Below, in pieces: positions 22,246 through 32,212 of a stretch of 64,000 nucleotides of DNA (positions within the stretch are counted from its first letter, which is position 1; the number at the start of each line of letters is the position of its first letter). Under the pieces are notes generated by a model. That model did not search any database and was not told the origin of the DNA. It worked only from the letters and a program-made list of their open reading frames with translations. Source of the stretch: Vairimorpha necatrix (taxonomy: Eukaryota); NCBI GenBank assembly GCA_036630325.1, contig CP142736.1, positions 124,001-188,000 of the forward strand, written 5' to 3'. A program made the translations under genes and the position numbers.

Positions 22246-22955
22246 TTTTTTGAAATTTTTTTAGAATTTTTTAAAAACTAATAAAAACCAATAAAATTTT
22301 TAAGGGGTAAAAATAAAATCACAGGGGGGTTATAATGATTAGACTAGACGAATAAGAAATTATATGTCAAATATAATGATTTTTATATTATTGGTCATTA
22401 AAATAGTGGAGAGAATATAAATTTATCACTATGAAGAGTCACACTTGAAAGATAGAACATGTAAATAAATAAACCACTATGTAATATTATTTGCCATTAA
22501 AAATCAAGAAAATAATTTATTGACATCTTAAGCGAGGAAAGTGTTATAAATACTTCTCATTCGACAGTGGCCTACTGGAATTATGGATTTTTGCTTATTG
22601 TACAGATTTATATCATAAAACATAATGACTCCGTTTTTTTTATCTTGTTAATTTTATCATGTGAATTTTTCTTGAGTACAAAATTCAGGATTTTTAATCA
22701 TAATTTTAGCTTCTTCTCTGAGATTTATTGATCTGCTAGTTTTTTCACAATGGTTTGCGTGCAATAGATTTGATTTATACAACATTTGTTACATTTTTAT
22801 TAGATATTATTTTTGCATGTATAATTGTATTTATTCAGTACAATTATATTACTAAGTTTTCATACAATACTATGCGACCCTCAATTTTACTAAGATCTGC
22901 ATTTTTCTAGAAGATTCTGTGCTTAATTATTTTTTAATTTTTTTTAAGCCCCAAA

Positions 22956-23324
22956 ATGAAAATGGACTGCCAATCTTTCAGAGAAAAAAATATCTCTGAA
23001 TTAGAAGAAGAAATCATTAACTTGAAAAATGATCTCCTACAACTTAGACAAAAGAAAGTCTCATCCACTGTAGAACCAGACGAAATTAAAACAGCAAGAA
23101 AAAATATAGCTAAAGCTTTACGCGTTCGTCATGAGAAATTATTAGAAGAACAGTGTAAAAAATATGAAAACATGCCACTTAATAAAATTCCCAAGGAATT
23201 GAGGCCTAAAAAGACCAGAGCAGAAAGAAGGAAGTTAACTAAGAAACAAGCTAATAGAAAAGTCCCTAAAGTTTGGAGAAGAGAATTGAAGAATCCTAAG
23301 ATATATTTCGCTTACACCGAATAA
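22956..23324 (+). CDS. RPL35: 60S ribosomal protein L35 (uL29)
   Basis: [38 protein letters not shown]; gccccaaaATG. Confidence 0.96.
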
Positions 23325-23376
23325 ATTAATTTTTTCTGACTTAAAATATTTTTATAAAGTTTTCAGTTATTAATTT

Positions 23377-23490
23377 ACTGACATTTAATATTTTAGAGTT
23401 CTACTGACATTTAATATTTTAATTTTTTAACTGACATTTAATATTTTTAGAGTTCAACTGACTTTTAATATTTTTAGAGTTTTAACTGAC
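23377..23490. repeat. ~27-bp minisatellite, about 4 copies
   Basis: Imperfect unit ACTGACATTTAATATTTT(T)AGAGTT between RPL35 and CCT1. Confidence 0.85.
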
Positions 23491-23633
23491 TTTTTTTATT
23501 CTTCCTTGCAAAAAACTAGTCACTTAAAATATTAAATCAAATTCATTTTACAGTTTTCAATTTTATTAAAAAATTACAATACACAAATTAAAGCTGTAAT
23601 TTGATTATCTTCTTTTTTATTTTCTACCCTAAA

Positions 23634-25223
23634 ATGCAAAATGAAATTTCTAATACAAACATTATAACAGGCGGAAAATCTTGGTCTGGTATATCTGCTG
23701 TAGAAAAGAATACTAAATCTATATTGTCAGTATACAATGCCATAAAAAGTAGTTTCGGCCCAATGGGACTTGATAAAATGCTAGTCAACGCAGCAGGAGA
23801 TGTCAATATTACCAACGACGGAGCTACAATTTTACAAAATATGGTCATCGACGACCCGGCCGCGAAAATCTTGGTAGATTTGGCGAGTACTCAAGACAAA
23901 GAAGTAGGAGACGGAACAACAGGAGTAGTCTTATTAGCTTGCAGTCTTATAGAAAAAGGTTATAAAATGATACAAAATGGTATGCATCCTTCTGTAGTAG
24001 TCAACGGGTACAGACTTGCTTATAGGGAAGGCATACAACATGTCAAAAAATTATTAACTAAAGATATAAAAAATGTGGACGACGACCTACTAAAAAAAAT
24101 TGTATCGACTACAATTTCAAGTAAACTTTTAAAAGAAGAAAATGATTTATTCTGTGATGTCATCATTAAAGCCGCGAGATCTTTGTCTTATACAGAAATT
24201 AATAATAAAAGACAATATAACATTAAAGATGTGAACATATTGAAACATCCAGGAGGAGAAATGAAAGATAGTTTTTTTATTAATGGGTATGGAATGAATT
24301 GCTACGTGGCTTCACCCGATATGAAAAAAATTTTAGAAAATGTAAAAATTTTATGTCTTGACATTTCATTACAAAAATACAGGCTGCCACTTACAGCCTC
24401 GATAACAGTCACTGATCCAGTAGAAATGGAAAATATAAGAATGAAAGAGATAGAAATAGCTAAATCTTTAATACGAAATATTAAGAAAACAGGGGCTACT
24501 CTCGTATTGACTACTAAAGGGATTGACGATTTGTGTACTAAATTATTAGTAGAAGCTGGGATAGTCGCGATAAAAAGATGTAAAAAAGAAGATTTACAGA
24601 TTATCGCTAAATATTCGGGGACACAAGTTTATTCCGAAATATCTGATGAAGAAACTTATACACTGGGGAATGGTGGCTCATTTAAAATGATCCAAATAGG
24701 CAATGACGAATGCGCTTTAATTGACGGACTAACTAAAAATTTAGGCACAATTTTCCTCAGAGGACCGAACACGCAGATTCTGGACGAAATGCACAGATCA
24801 GTAGACGACGCTATGAATATTGTAAAAAGAACATTAGAAAGTAAATGCATTGTAGCAGGAGGTGGAGCAGTAGAAATAGCACTAAGTAGCATACTGGAGA
24901 CATTTTCTATGTCTATAAATTCGAGGGAGCACATACCAATCTTTTTCTATAGTGAAGCAGTTTTAACTTTACCAAAGATTTTGTGTATGAATGCGAGACT
25001 TGACCCAAATGAATTGATTTCTAAAGTGATTGCTCACCAGAAATCTAATTTTAGTGAATATTTCTCGTATGGTCTTGACGTGGTAAATAATGAAATAGGA
25101 GATAATTTCAAGAAAGGGATTATTGAACCAATGATGAATAAAATGAAAGCATTGAGGACAGCTACAGAAGCGGCTATAAATATTTTGAGGATTAATGAAG
25201 TTATTGAATTTCCCAATAAATAA
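23634..25223 (+). CDS. CCT1: T-complex protein 1 subunit alpha
   Basis: SSFGPMGLDKMLV..GDVNITNDGATIL, QDKEVGDGTT, AGGGAVE; ATG at 23634 after accctaaa. Confidence 0.96.
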   Translation: MQNEISNTNIITGGKSWSGISAVEKNTKSILSVYNAIKSSFGPMGLDKMLVNAAGDVNITNDGATILQNMVIDDPAAKILVDLASTQDKEVGDGTTGVVLLACSLIEKGYKMIQNGMHPSVVVNGYRLAYREGIQHVKKLLTKDIKNVDDDLLKKIVSTTISSKLLKEENDLFCDVIIKAARSLSYTEINNKRQYNIKDVNILKHPGGEMKDSFFINGYGMNCYVASPDMKKILENVKILCLDISLQKYRLPLTASITVTDPVEMENIRMKEIEIAKSLIRNIKKTGATLVLTTKGIDDLCTKLLVEAGIVAIKRCKKEDLQIIAKYSGTQVYSEISDEETYTLGNGGSFKMIQIGNDECALIDGLTKNLGTIFLRGPNTQILDEMHRSVDDAMNIVKRTLESKCIVAGGGAVEIALSSILETFSMSINSREHIPIFFYSEAVLTLPKILCMNARLDPNELISKVIAHQKSNFSEYFSYGLDVVNNEIGDNFKKGIIEPMMNKMKALRTATEAAINILRINEVIEFPNK

Positions 25224-25507
25224 AAAAGAAATTTATTTATTTTATTTTTTATTGGATCAAATTTATGACTTAATTTTTTACAAATAATTAAGAACAAAGA
25301 TAATAGTAGGTTTTCTCATGTAATTTACAAACTTTTACTTAAAGAATTTTTTTAATTAAAGAATTTTTTAAATTTGACATTTTATAGATTTGATTAGTTA
25401 ATTAACCAATTTATTTTTTTCAATTGGCTGATTGATTTTCAATATAACTGATTTATCAGTTATAAGGAGTTAAAACTATTTAAGAAAAAAAAATCTAAAC
25501 GATCAAA

Positions 25508-25882
25508 ATGAATAATTCAAACCAAAAACAAGCCAAAGAAACAGGTGAAAAAGCTACTGAAGAAACTAAAAAGAAAGGAAAAGAGACTGCTGAAAGAGCC
25601 AAACAAACTGGTAAAGAAGTCGAAGCAAAAGGCGAAAATATGTGGGACAAAGCAGGAGAAAAAGCAGACGATTTAGGCCACAAAATGAAAGAAGGAGCTC
25701 AAGAATTAGTAGAAAAGGGTAAACAGAAAATTCATGAAGCTACAGAAAGTGGTAAAAATGTTGGAGAACAAGCACAAGGTGCTGCAGGCCAGGCCAAAGA
25801 AAAAGGGAAAGACGCTGCTGGCAACGTCAAAGATTCTGCAAAGAAGACAGGGGAAAACGTAGACGAAGCAGCTCGCAAATAA
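25508..25882 (+). CDS. LEA-like hydrophilin (group 3/LEA_4-type 11-mer repeats)
   Basis: A/K/E/G/T/Q-rich; 11-aa periodicity AKETGEKATEE/TKKKGKETAER/AKQTGKEVEAK; almost no aromatics, no Cys. Confidence 0.8.
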   Translation: MNNSNQKQAKETGEKATEETKKKGKETAERAKQTGKEVEAKGENMWDKAGEKADDLGHKMKEGAQELVEKGKQKIHEATESGKNVGEQAQGAAGQAKEKGKDAAGNVKDSAKKTGENVDEAARK

Positions 25883-25921
25883 AAAAATTCAAAAATTTTT
25901 ATTTTTTTACCCTTTTATTTT

Positions 25922-26164
25922 ATGTTTAGTAATTCTGAAAATTGTCAACTTCCCTTTTTAAATATAATTCCCAATTATATTTCTGATATTATTGATAATT
26001 TTATATTTAAAATACCAAATAATATAAAAAATTTGATAATTAGATTTGTAGAATTTAGTCGAATTTTAATAGGGGGAATATTCCTTTATGTGCCTTTTGT
26101 TTATTTGTTTAATAGAGATTATGACTTAGAAGAGAATGATCTATTAAGTTATAAGTTACTTTAA
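25922..26164 (+). CDS. Small hypothetical membrane protein (80 aa)
   Basis: acccttttattttATG context; hydrophobic ILIGGIFLYVPFVYLF. Confidence 0.55.
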   Translation: MFSNSENCQLPFLNIIPNYISDIIDNFIFKIPNNIKNLIIRFVEFSRILIGGIFLYVPFVYLFNRDYDLEENDLLSYKLL

Positions 26165-26427
26165 GAAGATAAAAGCGGATTTTTTGCAATCTTTTGGGTT
26201 TTCTTAATTTACCTGTACTTTTCTTTAAAAATTATGTAGTAGTATTGTAGAAATTCTCTTTTTTATTAAAAAGCTTTAAATTATGACTTAAATAATTTGT
26301 TGAGTTAAATTTTTAAGTTTTATTTGCGCTTATATTCCAGGTACCCTCTTTAAAAAATTTTATTCTAAAAATGCAATTAAATACATATAATAAAATTTGA
26401 ATAAAAGTTTTAAAACATAATTTCCAA

Positions 26428-27989
26428 TCATATATATAAAAGAATTTTATTTAATTTTTTACCCCTCTTTTTTGTGATTTTGTAAAATCTAAACTTCATA
26501 TTTTAAACTTATTATGTTAATATAATATCGGTTTTCGATTTAGTTTTTCAATTTGATAATTGTAAGTGTGTATATTATGTGTTAATGCATTTTTATTCTA
26601 ATTATTATTTTTGTTAAACTCAGTTCCAAAATATCGTCAGAATCGTTTTTTAGAATTTATTTGACCCTTCCATGAAAAATTGTAAAAACATTCATGTGAA
26701 AACAATTTCTAATAAGTGTCAAAAATTGAGCTTAAAAGTTCCCAAAATTATTTCAATATGACTCATAAGTGTTTTAAACTCAACTTTACTCCTTATATGT
26801 CACTAAAAAGTATTTTTGAAAACGATGTCTTCATCCTATCAAATTCAATCATCCCAAAATGGAAACTTACTAAAATTTACCGAGGCGGGACATATTAAAA
26901 CCCTAAACATTTAGATCCCGTTTCAAAACGGGAAAGCATACACTAGTCATCATATATATAAAAGAATTTTATTTAATTTTTTACCCCTCTTTTTTCTGAC
27001 TTTCTAATTTCTAAACGATACATTTTGGTCTTATTAACTTATTTAAATATCAAATATAAACTCAAAGGAGGATTTTGACTATCACAGGTCCGTGTACTGT
27101 ATGTTAATGCATTTTTATTCTTATTATTATTTTTGTAAAACTCAGTTCCAAAATATCGTCAAAATCGTTTTTTAGAATTTATTTAACCCTTCTACGAAAA
27201 ATTTTAAAACAATTTACAAAAGAAGAAATTGAATGTAAGTGTCAAAAGCTGAGCTTTAAGAGTTTTGAACATTTTTCATTGAGATTCATAAGTGTTTTAA
27301 CTATATTTTACTCCTTATATGTTACTAAAAAGTTTTTTAAAAAATTATGTTTTCTCCTTATTAAATTCATTCATCCCAAAATGGAAACTTTACAAAATTT
27401 AAGGATATAAGACATATTAGCAAACTAAACATTTCAATCCCGTTTTCAAAACGGGAAAGCATACGCTAGTCATATATATAAAAGAATTTTATTTAATTTT
27501 TTACCCCTCTTTTTTTGTGGTTTTGTAAAATCTAAACTTCTTATTATAGCTTATTGTGTCATTGTAATATCAAATTTAAACTCAGTGCTTAAATTTGATA
27601 ATTGTAAGTGCGTATACTATATATTAATGCATTTTTATTAGATTTATTATTTTTAGAAAACTCGGTTCCAAAATATCGTCAGAATCGTTTTTTAGAATTT
27701 ATTTAACCCTTCTAGAAAAATTCACAAAAACATCTGACAAATAAAGATTTTGAATATAAGTGTCAAAAAATGAGCTTAGAAGTTCCCAAAATTATCTCAT
27801 TGAGATTATTAAATGTTTTACAACAACATTACTCCTTATATGTCACTAAAAAGTATTTTTAAAAATCATGTCTAAACTCTGTCAAATTTAATCAGCCAAA
27901 AATGGAAACTTTACAAAATTTACCGAGACGGGACATATTATAAAACAAACACATTTATCCCGTTTTCAAAACGGGAAAGCATACGCTAG
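26428..27989 (+). mobile_element. Non-autonomous Helitron, tandem array of 3 units (26428-26946, 26947-27469, 27470-27989)
   Basis: A|TC start, 3' hairpin plus CTAG|T; same family as 19509-21063, opposite orientation. Confidence 0.9.
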
Positions 27990-28214
27990 TCTCTAATAAA
28001 AAATTTTATTCTAAAAATGCAATTTAATACATATATTAAAATTTTAATAAAAATTTATAATCAATTTCTAATGAATTAGATTTTAAAAAACATAATGTCT
28101 GTCGAATTATCAAGGTGTAAAATTTTTATTTATTTTGATTAATTAAATGACTCATTGTTTGATAAATTAAAAATCTTGTTTTTTTATTAAGATAATTTAC
28201 AGTTCGTTTTTTTT

Positions 28215-28886
28215 CTATATTAATTCCCTTAGTAACTTATTTTTGCTTTTTTCTATACTGCACATCCAAATTCTCTTCTCATATATTTTCCATAATTCAT
28301 TGACCAACTCTCTAAAATCTATTCTGTCTTTACTATTATAATAAAATATTATCTTTTTTAAATCCCACTGGTATTCACAGTCTACAATCACCATCCTTAA
28401 TCCTTTCTCTATAACTTTACTCATACACAAGCTTAAAGCTTGTTCTTCTAGCATTTTCTTATGGCTAAAAACTTCTAAATCTTCTTTAGTCGCCTGTCTA
28501 TAAATCTGTTTTACACTAATTTCATTTATAATATTTTCATGTTTAAGTAACAACTTATCAAATTCTATTTTACTTGTAGTGCCCAAAATCATCCCGCAAT
28601 CTTCTCCCCGGTCAGCTTCTATAATAACATATGAGTTAATTTCATAAGCCTGGGAAGGATTAAAATACGCAAGATCAAGTCTTTTACTTCTAAATTCTAT
28701 AATGTAGAATATATCAGAAGGCTTGAAAGTATTCTGAACTACTACGTCGCTTACACTTTTAGACCTCCTTTTGAAAGGATTTGTTCCTACAATCCGCCAG
28801 TCTTCTTGAGGCTTATCAAATGTTTCATTGGTGTCTGACCAAAGACTATTGAAAAATGGAGAAGACCAATTGTCGTATTGCTTCAT
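28215..28886 (-). CDS. PSP1 C-terminal domain protein
   Basis: YIIEFRSKR, YVIIEADRGEDCG, IYRQAT, IVDCEYQWDLKKIIFYY..RIDFRELVNELWKIYEKRIWM; start ATG 28886 after caccctt. Confidence 0.92.
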   Translation of the reverse strand: MKQYDNWSSPFFNSLWSDTNETFDKPQEDWRIVGTNPFKRRSKSVSDVVVQNTFKPSDIFYIIEFRSKRLDLAYFNPSQAYEINSYVIIEADRGEDCGMILGTTSKIEFDKLLLKHENIINEISVKQIYRQATKEDLEVFSHKKMLEEQALSLCMSKVIEKGLRMVIVDCEYQWDLKKIIFYYNSKDRIDFRELVNELWKIYEKRIWMCSIEKSKNKLLRELI

Positions 28887-29279
28887 GAAGGGTGAAATAA
28901 AAAGAAAAATTATAACTTGTAAGAATATTTTATATGATGTGGAATCATTTTTATAATTTGGAAAGTGGTTTTTTTTAAAAACAAACAAAAGTGAAGCGAG
29001 TTTGTTTGTACAAAAATAGATCAAAGAAATAGTATCAATTACTGCATATGGAAAGTGATAAAATCAAAAATATCGAGATTCGTCTTAAATGTTAATTTCT
29101 AGTGATATTTGACATGATCAAGAAAAAATAAAGCAGAGTAATAATTAGATTTGTAAGAAATAAATCGAATATTTCTAGTAATATTTGACACGAGTAGAAG
29201 ATTTAGATGTAGAAGATAGCACATTTTTAAAACATTAGATTTTTAAAATCGTCATGAAAAGGGGGGATTGTGCCCATGA

Positions 29280-29801
29280 TCATCATATATATAAAAGAAT
29301 TTTATTTAATTTATTACCCCTCTTTTTTGTCAATTTGAAATGTCCAGACTACATATTTCATACTTTTGTGTGTTTGCAATATCAAATATAAATTTTTTTG
29401 CTTTAATTTGACTATTCTAAGTGTGTATGTTATTAGTTAATACTTTTTAATTTTGATTATTATTTTTAGAAAACTCAGTTCCAAAATATCGTCAGAATCG
29501 TTTTTTAGAATTTATTTAACCCTTCCACGAAAAATTGCAAATTAATTTATTAATAAAGATTTTGAATATAAATGTCAAAACTTGAGCTTAGAAAATCCCA
29601 AAATTATCTCATTATAATTATTAAATATTTTAGCTCAACTTTACTCCTTATATGTTACTAAAAAGTATTTTTTAAAATCATGTTTCCCCTTTCTAAATTC
29701 ATTCATCCCAAAATGGAAACTTAACAAAATTAAAAGGGGAAATACATATTAAAAAACTAAACATGTAAATCCCGTTTTTAAAACGGGAAAGCTTTCCCTA
29801 G
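29280..29801 (+). mobile_element. Non-autonomous Helitron, single unit
   Basis: TCATCATATATATAAAAG start; CCCGTTTTTAAAACGGG hairpin; CTAG|T end; shared internal core. Confidence 0.9.
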
Positions 29802-30227
29802 TTTTTTTATAAGACAAAAATTCCGAATAACTTAGTTAAGGGAAATTCGAAAAAAATTTTAAATACGATATGTTTTAAAAATACGAAAACAATTTAAAAC
29901 TTGAAATTTTTTTCTTACACGAGTTAATTTATTGTGAACTACAAATTCTCTATAAATTTGATAATAATAAAACAAAATACATTTTTTTTTGTTTTACTCG
30001 TGTATGTTTTATGACATCTTGTTTATTTGTATCAAAAAATATACCTTTTCTCGTTTTTTATACTCTACATTACATCTTTATTTTGTTTATAATTTGACTC
30101 ATTATTACAATAAAAAGTCATAAATATTTTAATTTTTCATTCCAAATTCAAATCATACGTTATATTTTATTTAGACTGTCATTTCTTTTTTTTGTATTGT
30201 ATTTAATTTTTTTTTTTTTTAATCCTA

Positions 30228-31580
30228 ATGTTATTAATATTATTTTTTCTTCATTTATTTTTTTGTTTCGACGAACAAGAAGACGATCACATGCATTTAC
30301 TTCACGCTATTGTTAGTCCAGTCGCGAAAAAAGCTTTCAAATATGCCAAAAAGAAAGTCCGAAAAATGGAAATATTAGGTATTAGTCCTAGAACATTTTT
30401 CCCAAGTTCGAAAATCAAAAAATCCAAGTCATTAAACATATTTCCCAGTAGTGAAGAACAAAATAAAAAACGAAAAAAATCTAAAACGAGTATGAATGAA
30501 GACGAATCGGAAGGTGATGAGCAATCTGATAGTGAGACGTCGCACTCGATATCAAGTGCTTATTCTAATAGTGATTTACGAGCACAAGTGTTGAAGAAGA
30601 ATATGTCTAGTGATATGAATCTTAATGCAGTGTCACAAGAGAATATTAATATGAAGACTAATATGAATGTAGAGGAGACAAGAGATATTAAAGAGAATGT
30701 TAGTACTAATGAGACCGCGTCTACTAGCCAAATATCGAGAACACGAACAGTACGCAAAGAGAGTGCTGATTCAACCAGAGTACGAAGTGACTCACCTAAA
30801 GTGCGTAAAGAGAGAAGTGACTCACCTAAAGTGCGTAAAGAAATATTTGTCTCACCCAGTGTCACTACACGCAAACAACACAGGCCGCCCAGAATCGTAG
30901 GAATGATAAAAAAGCCCGGAAGTAGTTCACCTTTGACTCCTACACTCCTAAATGCCGAAAATAAGTCAAGTCCGCCTCGATCTAAAGACACAAAATCCAA
31001 TAAAAAAGACAACGACTCAGACAAACAAGAGTCAAGTGACTCAGACACAGGTATAAATTCCCAAGCTTCTCCTTCTAAATCTCCCAAAGACGATTTCACT
31101 TTTCTTTACCAACCACAACCTTACAAAATCTCTCTTAATAAAAAACAGAGAGACCACTACAAGTTAAAATTCATTGACGCTTGCAATATGTTCAAAGTCA
31201 ATCCGGAGATACTAAACCCTTTTAAGAATTTGGTATACGCGTATCAATCATATTGTCATGATGTTTTGCCACTTAAAATAAAAGACGAGTCTAAAAAGAA
31301 GTTTAATACGCTTTTCTTGTCCCGTAAGAATAAGATAGCTTTCGCGTTGATGAAGTTGTCAGAATGTGAGTCAATAGATAAAATTTATGAAATAGTTAAT
31401 GAAGGAGATAAAACGTTGTATCTTGATAATAATATAGTACATTTTCTTAAGGAATGTAGTAATTATGATAATTCTGAGGATACAGTGTTTACAGTTAAGA
31501 TATCTGATAATGTTCATGATATTACTTATTTGGAGTTGGCGATTTACGCATTTGCGAGATATTGTTATAATATTTTCTAA
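30228..31580 (+). CDS. Putative secreted Ser/Lys-rich protein with folded C-terminal domain
   Basis: Signal-peptide-like MLLILFFLHLFFC; basic KKRKKSK; RSDSPKVRKE repeat; SP-rich disordered middle. Confidence 0.85.
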   Translation: MLLILFFLHLFFCFDEQEDDHMHLLHAIVSPVAKKAFKYAKKKVRKMEILGISPRTFFPSSKIKKSKSLNIFPSSEEQNKKRKKSKTSMNEDESEGDEQSDSETSHSISSAYSNSDLRAQVLKKNMSSDMNLNAVSQENINMKTNMNVEETRDIKENVSTNETASTSQISRTRTVRKESADSTRVRSDSPKVRKERSDSPKVRKEIFVSPSVTTRKQHRPPRIVGMIKKPGSSSPLTPTLLNAENKSSPPRSKDTKSNKKDNDSDKQESSDSDTGINSQASPSKSPKDDFTFLYQPQPYKISLNKKQRDHYKLKFIDACNMFKVNPEILNPFKNLVYAYQSYCHDVLPLKIKDESKKKFNTLFLSRKNKIAFALMKLSECESIDKIYEIVNEGDKTLYLDNNIVHFLKECSNYDNSEDTVFTVKISDNVHDITYLELAIYAFARYCYNIF

Positions 31581-32212
31581 ATAAACTTATATGTATAAAA
31601 AAATAAGCATTATTATATTAGGTAGAGTAGAAATTAAGTGCATTTTTTAATATGTCATTTATAGTAGATTTAGTTTATGTTTTTTTACACATTATTGTTC
31701 TTAGTCAGTAAGATAGAAAATTTTAAAAACTCCATCTTAAACGCATCTAATTTTAAGAAAATGCCTTTTAAGCCATGTAAATTCGCTTACTATTTTATTT
31801 GATCGTCTTAGATCCAAAGAAGCCAATCTTCTTTTTACGCTAGTGGAAAGTTATAAAAATAGTCCCCAAAATCACTTTCCAGGATTTTTAAAAATTCCAT
31901 ATACAAATTTATAATTTTCATTCTCGATTATAGTAAGTCGATCCTATTTGGATATTTTCTTCTGTCAAACACAAGAATATCAGGCTTTAAATATTCTCTT
32001 TTTTCCCCCAAGACAATTTGACGTCTCTCCAAAATATCTGTAGATATTTTGGAGAAGGGTCATCTAAGTGCAAGCTTACTCTTCCTGAGATGTTTTTACA
32101 AGCTTATTTCATTTTTTTCTCTTATACACATATTTTATGTCTGTATATTATTTTGTCATATTACTTCCATTTATGCTAATTCTTTTTTCTTGATTTTTTT
32201 ACCCTAATTTTC

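Noticed and set aside
23601-23633. TTG/GTG starts in the ORF track (4557, 10391, 23601, 29024)
   Set aside because: Eukaryote; downstream ATGs, mostly with a CCC-like motif, are more plausible
26716-26898. ORF inside a Helitron unit
   Set aside because: GTG start, no recognisable motif, and no evidence it is shared by sister units
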